Origin: Methanobacteriota archaeon
GTDB taxonomy: Archaea > Halobacteriota > Bog-38 > Methanoflorentales > Methanoflorentaceae
Reading direction: 5' to 3'
DNA length: 35,969 nt
NCBI GenBank assembly: GCA_963719035.1
Contig: CAVRAO010000005.1
Coordinates: 1 to 35,969 of the forward strand
The notes beneath the pieces were generated by a model. The model was not told the DNA's origin. It searched no databases and worked only from the letters and a program-made list of their open reading frames with translations. The position numbers and the translations under genes were made by a program. The stretch's first letter is position 1. Every line of letters begins with the position of its first letter. This document shows, piece by piece, positions 10,471 through 19,205 of this stretch.

Positions 10471-11340
10471 TTAATCTGACCAGCTTTCGGCTGTCGCATC
10501 TGCGGGCTGCGGCCCGGTCCCTACCACTTTTATGCTCCGCACCGCATCCGCGACGTCACGTAGCTCCTCAGAGGTGAGCACCACACGTTGTTGGATCGCT
10601 TGCGCAGACGGGTCATTCGCCATACACTCAAGCGAAAAGGGCGTCTCATCATCGACCCGCGCACCCTCAAATCCGGCATCACGAATGGCCTGCAGATAGG
10701 CGTCTTTTAAGATCGCCCCAGATAAACATCCAACATACGCGTCAATCGACTGTTGCACGGCATCAGGCAGTTCCTTGAGTACGACGATATCGGAAACGGC
10801 AATGCGGCCGCCAGGCTTGAGTACCCTGAATGCTTCGCTAAAGACGGCCCCTTTATCGGGGGTCAGATTGATCACGCAGTTAGAGATCACAACATCAACA
10901 GAGTTGTCTGCAGCAGGCAGATGCTCAAGCTCCCCGAGCCTAAACTCGACGTTTTCGTAGCCACCAGAGCGCGCGTTCGCCCTCGCCTTGTCGATCATAG
11001 CGGGCGTCATGTCAACGCCGATAACCCTTCCCCCTTCGCCTACAATGTTGGCAGCGAGGAAACAGTCAAACCCAGCGCCCGACCCTAAGTCGAGCACGGT
11101 CTCGCCTTCTTTGAGTGTGGCTAACGCAGTTGGATTTCCACAACCAAGGCCAAGATTTGCCCCATCAGGGACCGAGCGTAGCTCTTCATCCCTGTACCGA
11201 ACGGCCTTGCTAAGCTCGTAAGCTCGATCGGCGCTGCCACAGCAGCCGCCTACTGGGATAAGCGTCAGGGGGTCGCGTTCACGCTTCGCAACCTTTGCAT
11301 ATGCGTCTCTCACGACGCGTTTAACCTTGTCTTCTTCCAT
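10471..11340 (-). CDS. arsM: Arsenite S-adenosylmethionine methyltransferase
   Basis: [34 protein letters not shown] and YVGCLSGA: the conserved ArsM cysteines are present. Confidence 0.95.
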   Translation of the reverse strand: MEEDKVKRVVRDAYAKVAKRERDPLTLIPVGGCCGSADRAYELSKAVRYRDEELRSVPDGANLGLGCGNPTALATLKEGETVLDLGSGAGFDCFLAANIVGEGGRVIGVDMTPAMIDKARANARSGGYENVEFRLGELEHLPAADNSVDVVISNCVINLTPDKGAVFSEAFRVLKPGGRIAVSDIVVLKELPDAVQQSIDAYVGCLSGAILKDAYLQAIRDAGFEGARVDDETPFSLECMANDPSAQAIQQRVVLTSEELRDVADAVRSIKVVGTGPQPADATAESWSD

Positions 11341-11358
11341 GTTACATACTCCTCCTTT

Positions 11359-11622
11359 TTAGTGTAAGCCCATAAAGATGGGGCCGAGCACGTCTTTTAC
11401 CGTTCCTGAGAGCGCATCAGCTTTGATAAGCGAGATGCAACAGACCGATCCGTCACGCTCGTGGCCCACCAGAGCTAGCTTATCTCCTGCGTGGATACCA
11501 GCGCGCTCGCGCAGCTCTTTTGGCAGCACCATCTGTCCGCGCTCATCAATGCTAATGACTGCTTCGACCTTGCAGGTAGTGCTATCGCTTTCAGGCGTAC
11601 AACAAACGTCTTTATCAGTCAT
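11359..11622 (-). CDS. AbrB/SpoVT-fold regulator resembling the HgcAB-associated protein (HgcC)
   Basis: CKVEAVISIDERGQMVLPKELRERAGIHAGDKLA...VCCISLIKAD; N-terminal CC; 18 bp upstream of arsM. Confidence 0.8.
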   Translation of the reverse strand: MTDKDVCCTPESDSTTCKVEAVISIDERGQMVLPKELRERAGIHAGDKLALVGHERDGSVCCISLIKADALSGTVKDVLGPIFMGLH

Positions 11623-11893
11623 GACAACCTGAACGTACTTTGATGTTCAGCCTACTTAAATATTTCTGTAAAATCAGAATAATCGGAATAATGTGCAGAA
11701 ATATAGGATTTCGAGAACGATAGTTTATCTAGCGCTCCGACGAACCTCGTTGCCGAGTGAGCGGTATTGGGTTTTACCAACTGAGCGTATTCCACTAACC
11801 CCGCGATTACTCCACTATTTTCAAGTTACATTTCCTATGACGATTTCAAAGACGTATCGAATTGAACGACGTAAATCCACAGCTATAAATAAC

Positions 11894-11921
11894 ATCAATA
11901 TATGCAAATATGAATATATAA
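11894..11921 (+). promoter_or_regulatory. Putative ArsR operator (site A), just downstream of TATA-like ctataaata
   Basis: ATCAATATATGCAAATATGAATATATAA, 28/28 identical to 33621-33648; imperfect palindrome ATATAT-N10-ATATAT. Confidence 0.75.
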
Positions 11922-12000
11922 GGGCATTATAATGTAGGGCACATTGTCTGGAGGTAATGGGCTAGCCGATAATTGTTCACATATTTTCGAGGTAATCAGA

Positions 12001-12960
12001 ATGCCACGATCGGCCCAAAGGATGACATTGTTGCTGCTGTCTATCATTGCTGCATTGTTGCTCGTAAGTTCCACAATAATTAATACGTCGGCAACCACGA
12101 TCGTCCAACTCCAGCCTAACACGGCTAATTCGGGTGACAAGGTGTTAGTGTCAGCCAACATGGCGCGAAATGCAAGTACGGTCACGCTTTCGTATTACGC
12201 TGATTTAAACAAGAACGGCAAGGAAGACGACGGCAGCGCGTCGGTGAAAATAGCGAACGCCACTGATGGACGCGCAAACGATGCTGACAACTCTACCAAT
12301 GGTTTCATACTTTTCTCGTGGCGCACTCCACAATTCGCCCCTGGGCAGTACGTCCTCAAAGTTGAAGATCCAAATGGACCGACAAGAACCACTGTTTTGA
12401 CTGTACAGAATGCTCAGCTCAAGCTGATACCAACGATCTACGGGCCAAACATCAAGACGGACAAAGGACTGATTAAACCAGGAGACACTTTTTCTGTAAG
12501 TACGCAGGTGACTGGTAACTGCCGCCTTTGTCATACGACAGATAATCCGACGACGCAAAACCCAGGCGTAGATGAACAAAAGGTCAAAAAGGCGTTTTCT
12601 GCCGATTTAAGTCAAATTACAGGGAGTCCAAGCGATACTGCCGTTGCTCCCGATTATGTGCATCACCTTTTAATCCAATGGATGCCTCTTGCGAGCAAAA
12701 CGCTTGCCGATAATAAGACTGTCAGTATCACCGTTACTGGCACTAATCCTGCTGGCAACTTAACAACACAATCGATAGCGTTCGCCGGCGTAAACAAAGC
12801 AGTCAATATACCACCAAAGTCAACAAACGAAGACAATCAGAGCAATACTGCTTCAGCACAATCAACTGGTTCGACAAGCAGCCCACTGCCTGGATTTGAA
12901 GCAGTGTTTGTCGTGTTAGGATTGACTTTTGTAGCTTATTTGGTGAATAGAAGGCGATAG
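12001..12960 (+). CDS. Secreted PGF-CTERM surface protein with a single CxxCH motif
   Basis: Signal peptide, beta-rich domains, DLNKNGKEDDG Ca-loop-like motif, CRLCH at 12520-12534, and C-terminal LPGF-TM-RRR (archaeosortase signal). GAGGT RBS before ATG 12001. Confidence 0.85.
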   Translation: MPRSAQRMTLLLLSIIAALLLVSSTIINTSATTIVQLQPNTANSGDKVLVSANMARNASTVTLSYYADLNKNGKEDDGSASVKIANATDGRANDADNSTNGFILFSWRTPQFAPGQYVLKVEDPNGPTRTTVLTVQNAQLKLIPTIYGPNIKTDKGLIKPGDTFSVSTQVTGNCRLCHTTDNPTTQNPGVDEQKVKKAFSADLSQITGSPSDTAVAPDYVHHLLIQWMPLASKTLADNKTVSITVTGTNPAGNLTTQSIAFAGVNKAVNIPPKSTNEDNQSNTASAQSTGSTSSPLPGFEAVFVVLGLTFVAYLVNRRR

Positions 12961-12962
12961 TT

Positions 12963-13549
12963 ATGCGAAAACATATTTCCACAGTAATCGTGGTCGGACT
13001 ACTGCTTGTGGCGATGATCTTCGCTGCAGGGTGTACCTCCAGCGATAACTCACCTACTCCAAGCGTCCCTTCGGCGACAAGGGATCCAAAGTTCGTTCCA
13101 AAAAACATATCAGGATATTGTACCTACTCGGACCGCTCTGTGGGTATCTCGATACATACCCCTCTTCGTGGCAAGCGAAAAATGGTTCAGGCTACGAGAT
13201 CGTTAGTTTTAACGTGAGTGGATCCCCCAGTATGTCGTTTACGATTTATACCCAGGACTTTTCAGGGACATCGACAACGCTTAACGACTTCTCGCAGAGT
13301 GCGCTGCCAACGAATTTGACTAACTTCAAGCTGCTCAACTCCACCAATACCACGCTTTCGGGTTATCCTGCCAAGAAGCACGTATTTACATTCATGACTT
13401 TCGATAGTGCGACTGCACAAGGCATGCTTCAGCTCACTTTGGTTAACAGAACTGGTTATATGTTGCTGTATGTAGCGACGCAGGACGTTTACCCGAATTA
13501 CCTGGGAATTGTGCAAAACATGACGCAGTCGTTTAACGCAGTCAAGTGA
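12963..13549 (+). pseudogene. PsbP/Mog1-like fold lipoprotein, one frameshift near 13155
   Basis: FAAGC lipobox in 12963-13217 joins GISI-x-YPSSW...TTLSGYPAKK...GYMLLYVA...IVQNMTQSF in 13118-13549. Confidence 0.7.
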
Positions 13550-13671
13550 CTAGGCCAAGGCACCAATCCCAACACTGTTTCCAAATCCGGCGGTTGACTT
13601 TTCGCAGTCTCTGCGCTATCTGGAAAAAAAACAGAAAAACTACATTTATTCAGGAAAGAGAGGGATAACAA

Positions 13672-14202
13672 ATGTTCCTCAGTGACTATACCGTAAGGTT
13701 AGTTCTCTCAGACTGCAATCCTTCATCTCAAAAGGTGAACGCCCTCGTGGATCTATCTGAGGACATTAGCGAGGTACTTCCCTATCTCAACACCGTTCTG
13801 AAAGGATTGCAGTATGATCAGGATGAGAAGTTCTTAACCGTGAGGAAAGAAGGGCGCTTGATTACCTTCAGGTCAAAACAGATAGCAGTCGCTAAACTAG
13901 AGGATGAAAATGAAGCAAGGTCGGTCATGGAAGAATTGAAAGAGATTGTGAATGCGACTTACGCGAATAGAGATCATATCAAACCGACCTATAGTTCTAG
14001 ACCGGCCCCCCGGCCTCTTGAGATCTTTAAACTCATGCCGGGAAATAACTGTAAAGAATGTGGGGAGCCAACCTGCATGACCTTCGCTTTAAAACTGGGT
14101 AATGACGAAGTGAAACTAAGCCAGTGTCCGTTGCTCTTCAAAAAAGAATTTGAAGTAAACCGTTCTATACTAAACGAGATCTTGCCCGACTTGGAAATAT
14201 GA
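13672..14202 (+). CDS. Fe-S-binding protein with C-terminal putative 4Fe-4S domain (COG4871-like)
   Basis: DISEVLPYLN N-domain; MPGNNCKECGEPTCMTFALKL...CP four-Cys motif. Confidence 0.85.
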   Translation: MFLSDYTVRLVLSDCNPSSQKVNALVDLSEDISEVLPYLNTVLKGLQYDQDEKFLTVRKEGRLITFRSKQIAVAKLEDENEARSVMEELKEIVNATYANRDHIKPTYSSRPAPRPLEIFKLMPGNNCKECGEPTCMTFALKLGNDEVKLSQCPLLFKKEFEVNRSILNEILPDLEI

Positions 14203-14378
14203 CGTGGAAAAGAAGGAGCCTTTGTACAAAAGAAAAACAATAAAATTAGCTTTTTGGACCTTCGGACGATGCTGTTTCTTATCGGATCTTTATAACCTCA
14301 AATAGGCTGTCGATCGCAGTGGCATCTTTTCACTCTTTTCTATAGCGCAAGACAACCCAGCCTCCGATCGGTGGCCCT

Positions 14379-15176
14379 CTAAATCTCCTTCCCCTTGTTC
14401 ACCGCGCGTAACTTACCTCGTCGGCCCCACGTTACCTCGAAACCTCGCGCTGTCAACACGTCTGCAATTTTTGCACCATCTCGGGCATACTTGACGACGA
14501 TGGCTCCGATCCGATCAAAAACGTTTTGCGGGGTATGCGTAAGGATGTCGAGTTCAGCGCCTTCACAATGCATTTTAAGAAAATCGATGCGGTCGAGCCC
14601 ATTGGAACTGAAGACATCCGCGAGCGTGACAGATTCGACGTCAATGGCGCTGACAAAACCCCGGCCGTTCGACGGATAGAACGTGTGTCCGTAACTCTTT
14701 TTCTCAGAAATCCACAGCCTCTTAATGCCGCGTGAATCACTGACCGCTTGCCTGAGCGCTTTGACGTTGTTTAGCCCGTTAAGAGCTATGTTTTTCTGCA
14801 AAAGCCCAAAATTGCGAGGATCCGGTTCGTAACAGATTACAGTGTCGCTTGACGTGGTCGCTTGTACGGTAAATACTCCTATGTGTGCCCCGATATCAAC
14901 CACCGTTCGGTACACGGGCCATTGTGAGTATAGGTCGTTGCGAAGGATCTCGTTAAGGATTGACAAATCCCCCATTTTAGGACGGAGAACGTATTTTAAG
15001 CCATTTCGCGTGGTTATCAGTGTCCCACCGTCCATCGGTGCAGATGGAAAGAAACGGATGAATAGTGGTACGTACCAGTTTCTTACGAGTACGACTATTC
15101 CAATGAACGCGTTTATAAGCGCAGCTATTCCCTTGACGTAAGAGAACAAGCGTTTGACCGCCCCCACTAGCACCAC
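14379..15176 (-). CDS. FkbM-family methyltransferase
   Basis: VVDIGAHIG, YEPDPRNF, IDFLKMHCEGAE. Confidence 0.9.
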   Translation of the reverse strand: MVLVGAVKRLFSYVKGIAALINAFIGIVVLVRNWYVPLFIRFFPSAPMDGGTLITTRNGLKYVLRPKMGDLSILNEILRNDLYSQWPVYRTVVDIGAHIGVFTVQATTSSDTVICYEPDPRNFGLLQKNIALNGLNNVKALRQAVSDSRGIKRLWISEKKSYGHTFYPSNGRGFVSAIDVESVTLADVFSSNGLDRIDFLKMHCEGAELDILTHTPQNVFDRIGAIVVKYARDGAKIADVLTARGFEVTWGRRGKLRAVNKGKEI

Positions 15177-15356
15177 CTCAATTGTGCAGACACACGATTA
15201 AACTCTCTCAAAACTAAATGCCGCAGCATTATCTTTCGGTTATTTTTTCGCGGTCATTTTGTCACCTATTGGGCGCGAAAGTTAGGGTCGGATCGTTAGT
15301 ATATTAGATGGCATTTTCCAAAAATCCTCAAAAATCTAAGAGGCACGTCTGAATAT

Positions 15357-15980
15357 TCATATTACCGACTGCTTCCCTCTTAGTTTATCCAAAGCGATTA
15401 AGGCCGCCGTTTGAACAGGCAGTATGGTGTCGCTCTGCAACTCTTTTAACGGCTCCACTGCGCGTAAATCGCCAAGCTCTCCAAGTGACGTGGCCGCTGC
15501 TATTCGGACATCATAAACAGGATCACGCAATGCATCGATGAGCGGGGGAACCCCTCTAATGTCGGACAACTTGCCAAGAGCTTCAACCGCCGCTCTTCGA
15601 ACCTCCCATTCATCATCTGAGAGCACCTCGATGAGGGATGGCACAGCCTGTCGTTCTCCGACCTTACCAAGGGCAACCGCAGCTATCGTGCGGATTTCTT
15701 CGTTTTTATTTCCAAGAACGTGTATGAGTGTGTTGACTGCTTTTTGATCGGCTATCTCGCCAAGCGCTTCTGCCGCTTTGACTCGGACAAACTCTCGTTC
15801 ATCCCCCAGCGCTTTTGTAAGTGCTGGTACTGCTCGTTGCGCTCGAGCAACACCTAAAGCCCTTGCAGAAGCGGCACGCACGCGGTAATCGCGTTTGTAT
15901 TGGAGGGCTCTTATAAGCCCAGCACTGTCTCCGTTTGCAGCTAGTTTTGCTATATTTGGTTTGAATAATGCTAGGACCAT
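15357..15980 (-). CDS. HEAT-repeat (PBS lyase-like) protein
   Basis: Repeated VRxxAAxALGxxxDxxAVxxL units. Confidence 0.92.
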   Translation of the reverse strand: MVLALFKPNIAKLAANGDSAGLIRALQYKRDYRVRAASARALGVARAQRAVPALTKALGDEREFVRVKAAEALGEIADQKAVNTLIHVLGNKNEEIRTIAAVALGKVGERQAVPSLIEVLSDDEWEVRRAAVEALGKLSDIRGVPPLIDALRDPVYDVRIAAATSLGELGDLRAVEPLKELQSDTILPVQTAALIALDKLRGKQSVI

Positions 15981-16108
15981 TTTTTTTCTCAGGAACGATC
16001 CGATACGAGCCGATCGTCGAAGCGTGACAAATAATGAGGACTATAACGTCAGACGACACAATTGAAACCCGCAATATCAACGTGTCAAGAGGCTGTCAAG
16101 TCGCTCTA

Positions 16109-17479
16109 TTATCCTCTTCTCATAAGCATGTAAGTGGCTCCGGCGATCACTATTGGTACGCCGAGTCCTAACAACGAAAACTCTAGTATGGGCTGTGGTG
16201 GTGAGCTCGAAACGCTATCAGTTTGAGCTGCTCGGAAAGATAGCTCCAGCACTGAGTCGTTCCCTAGGGCATCTGACGCACTGGTTGTGCCGATTACCTG
16301 CTTAGAGGCTGTCACTTGAGTGGGCGTCGAAGTAGCCTTACTAATGGGGGCGATTTTTGTCGGTTGCGGCACTGCCTTCACCGTTGGCACTGCCTTCACC
16401 GTTGGCACTGCCTTCACCGTTGGCACTGCCTTCACCGTTGGCACTGCCTTCACCGTTGGCACTGCCTTCACCGTTGCCGTCGCCGTAGGGGTTGCCGTTG
16501 CCTTCACTGTGCTCACTGCCTTCACTGTGCTCACTGCCTTCACCGTTGGCACTGCCTTCACCGTTACCGTCGCTTTAGGCGTTACCGTCGCTTTAGGTGT
16601 CGGCGTTACTGCCTTCGATGCTGTCGTTCCAGAAGACGCTGCTGTTGTGGCAGGATACGTCTTTTGCAGCTCGTTGACGATCTGCTCAAATCCCAGTTGT
16701 TTGTATAAAGCTAGGCCGTTGGAATTTATGCTGCACCACACGTGAAAATGAGTGAAACCGACCCCATTAGAATAGGACCAGTCGAGCATTGACTTGTAAC
16801 TCGGTGATCCCCCATTCTTCGAGTTGGTTAGTATCGGGTTGTGATCGACCCCTTTAGAACTCCCCCACACCCCGGCAAGGATTCCGTTCGTCTTACCTAA
16901 CGCGGCTGATTCCTTTGCTCCCTGCTGGATGTACTGCCACTCTGACGGATAAAAGCTCTCCCAGCTGTTCATCACCGTGCCTGACTGGAGGTGCATGTTC
17001 TTCCATAAGCCGCACTGGTCACAGTTGTAGTTAACGTAGCCCTTGAAGTACCGCGCGAGATAGTTGGCGTCACCTTCACGACCGCCTTCGGACGCGACGT
17101 ATTCCCATCCCGCAGCTTTGAGTGATTGGAAATATGAGGCAAAGTTTTCGATTGGAACGCTCTTCTTCTTGCCCGCGTCCCAAATGGGGATTTCGATATC
17201 AATAATCCCCTTCATACCGAGCGATTTGATCTTTGCGAGCTCTTCCTTGTACGGCTTCTGATCACGAACGACAAGATGGACCGTGGAGAACCCGTGCGCT
17301 TTAAAGTAGTCAAGCGAGCCATCCCATATCATCGCTTGGCCACAGCCAACATGATATTCAATCGGGCGGGTTGCCGCAGCCGGTTTGGGCGCGACAGGGG
17401 CCGCTGTTGTCGGCGTCATTACAGCTGAAAAGATAAATAACGAAAGAATGCTGCAAGTTGCTAGGGTCTTCTTTTTCAT
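16109..17479 (-). CDS. Secreted, C-terminally anchored protein with an unknown N-terminal domain and Thr/Lys/Pro repeat stalk
   Basis: Signal peptide, ~240-aa aromatic-rich globular domain, (TVKAVP)n stalk, and PILEF-TM-RRG tail (PEF-CTERM-like). Confidence 0.85.
   Translation of the reverse strand: MKKKTLATCSILSLFIFSAVMTPTTAAPVAPKPAAATRPIEYHVGCGQAMIWDGSLDYFKAHGFSTVHLVVRDQKPYKEELAKIKSLGMKGIIDIEIPIWDAGKKKSVPIENFASYFQSLKAAGWEYVASEGGREGDANYLARYFKGYVNYNCDQCGLWKNMHLQSGTVMNSWESFYPSEWQYIQQGAKESAALGKTNGILAGVWGSSKGVDHNPILTNSKNGGSPSYKSMLDWSYSNGVGFTHFHVWCSINSNGLALYKQLGFEQIVNELQKTYPATTAASSGTTASKAVTPTPKATVTPKATVTVKAVPTVKAVSTVKAVSTVKATATPTATATVKAVPTVKAVPTVKAVPTVKAVPTVKAVPTVKAVPQPTKIAPISKATSTPTQVTASKQVIGTTSASDALGNDSVLELSFRAAQTDSVSSSPPQPILEFSLLGLGVPIVIAGATYMLMRRG
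16368..16475. repeat. Six perfect 18-bp tandem units, with degenerate units continuing to ~16615
   Basis: (ggcactgccttcaccgtt)x6, encoding TVKAVP on the minus strand. Confidence 0.95.
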
Positions 17480-17663
17480 TGCCTTTCAAGCCTCCGTTTG
17501 CTGTTTTGTTAGCTAAGCGTTCTTCCTATATTTTGGATCGTGCAAAAGAAAACACGGTACGCTAATCAAAACATATGAAAACATAAAAATGTATCGATGT
17601 ATAGGTATAGTACTAAAAGTCCTTCAGGAGTCGGCATTAAACATGCTTTTGTCGCGCTGCACT

Positions 17664-18929
17664 TCACTCATCTCGTCGCGGGGCCCATTTAAGAATGACG
17701 GTTATGGCTACGATTATGCCGACGATTATTACCAACGCCGGAATAGCCAGAGCACCAACTCCTCCAGCTAACGCGGATACGCTCTGCTCTGAGGCACTTA
17801 CGTTCTCATTCCCTCGTCCGACACCCGATCCCGTTGCAGATGCAAGCTGAACTTTTTCGTATTGCCCTATAGGATGAACAAGCGGGTATCCGTCCCCTGT
17901 GGCTGAAGGGGTATCACCGATGCCGTTTCCGTCGCTATCCACTCCTTTGTAGTCGGAGTAGTAATTGCCCACGTAGCTCGAATAGGTGCCGCCACTGTAC
18001 GTATACGTGTACTTCTCGGTCGAGTTCACTAAGTTTCCTTTTGGGCTTGCAATTGCAACGGGGTTATTAATGAAGTCGTTAAGGTAGAATCGATTTCCCG
18101 ACGAATAGCCACTATAAACAGCGAGTTTAGCGTTGCCTGAGAATGTATTAAAAGTAAAAGTGTTGTTATTTGAGTTATCACGGAGGCGAACGGCAAACTC
18201 CTCATTTGCATTAATGCTGTTGTTGCTTAGCACGTTATTGGACGAGCTGAGCAAGGAGATACCGTAAACGTGGTTGTTGCTGAGGACGTTTTGCACTATG
18301 GCATTTGAATTTGACTCACGCATATAAATCCCGTCACCCAGCGCGTTGCCGTTCCCGCTTTCATGCGCGGCGACGTTGCCGGAAAAGGTATTCCCCGACG
18401 ACCCATCGAGGTAAATGCCGTAGCCATTATTAGAGAGGTTGCTGGCGCTCACTTTGTTGTTGGCGGCATGCTCGATGAGCACTGCGTAGACGTTATCGTG
18501 CGCAATTATATCGGTCACACTGGACTGTGATGCACCCGAAAACTCCACGCCAGCGCGTCCGCCTGTAAGCGTGAGCCCTTCTACCAGTATGCCGCTTCCT
18601 GAGAGCAAAAATACGTCGTTTGATGGCACCGCCGCATTCACAATCGTTGTTGCCGCCCCAGCCGATGATTTAATGGTGAGTGATTTGTTTACAACTACGT
18701 TCTCGCTATACGTTCCCGGCGGAATGAGGACGGTGTCGCCTGGCTGAGCTGCATTTACTGCCGCTTGGATCGTGGTATACTGCCCCGTCCCAACGGTAAG
18801 CTCATTTGCACTTGCTTGTGTAACGAGCCCAAGGAAAAGCGAGAAAAGGAGAATGCTGGCAAGCACCCACGGGCGCGCACTCTTTTTTACGGCTGCGCGT
18901 TGCTGCGTTGAGGTGAACGTTAATTGCAT
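17664..18929 (-). CDS. NosD/CASH parallel beta-helix surface protein
   Basis: YTTIQAAVNAAQPGDTV, Asn-rich GIYL repeats, GNYYSDY...DGNGIGDTP, C-terminal TM helix. Confidence 0.9.
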   Translation of the reverse strand: MQLTFTSTQQRAAVKKSARPWVLASILLFSLFLGLVTQASANELTVGTGQYTTIQAAVNAAQPGDTVLIPPGTYSENVVVNKSLTIKSSAGAATTIVNAAVPSNDVFLLSGSGILVEGLTLTGGRAGVEFSGASQSSVTDIIAHDNVYAVLIEHAANNKVSASNLSNNGYGIYLDGSSGNTFSGNVAAHESGNGNALGDGIYMRESNSNAIVQNVLSNNHVYGISLLSSSNNVLSNNSINANEEFAVRLRDNSNNNTFTFNTFSGNAKLAVYSGYSSGNRFYLNDFINNPVAIASPKGNLVNSTEKYTYTYSGGTYSSYVGNYYSDYKGVDSDGNGIGDTPSATGDGYPLVHPIGQYEKVQLASATGSGVGRGNENVSASEQSVSALAGGVGALAIPALVIIVGIIVAITVILKWAPRRDE

Positions 18930-19205
18930 TAACGGGGGAACCTCGCTACTTGATGGATAAGATCAATATATAAAAATTTATTCATATGAATAGTCCTGCG
19001 GCATCGCAGCCTTTCTTGTACCTGATCTTATATGTAATCATAACTACATATGAACAACCATAGATATATATGTAGGAGGTATTACTGTGTACCAAGCTGA
19101 ACTCGGTGTGAAGCATGCCACGTACATCATATCGCTGCGCTGAAGCGCAGAATATAATGCATAGTACGGATACGAGCGGACCACGTGTCACAAGAGGGTA
19201 CCATA

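Noticed and set aside
11693-11932. Apparent conserved peptide INICKYEYI shared by ORFs 11693-11932, 33546-33779 and (variant) 32148-32375
   Set aside because: It is just the translation of the repeated operator DNA; the ORFs share little beyond the duplicated promoter.
11944-12000. Upstream-extended starts in the ORF track (11944, 28939, 30111, 32952, 33898)
   Set aside because: They lack an RBS, overlap operators or neighbouring genes, or add sequence ahead of the signal peptide or conserved N-terminus; downstream starts were chosen.
16368-16615. Possible CRISPR array
   Set aside because: The units are head-to-tail with no unique spacers, in frame within a coding gene, and no cas genes are present.
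18962-18989. Additional operator site upstream of the NosD-like gene
   Set aside because: Only 20/28 match in AT-rich DNA, lacking the central GCAAATATG; more likely an ordinary promoter. Unresolved without a PWM.
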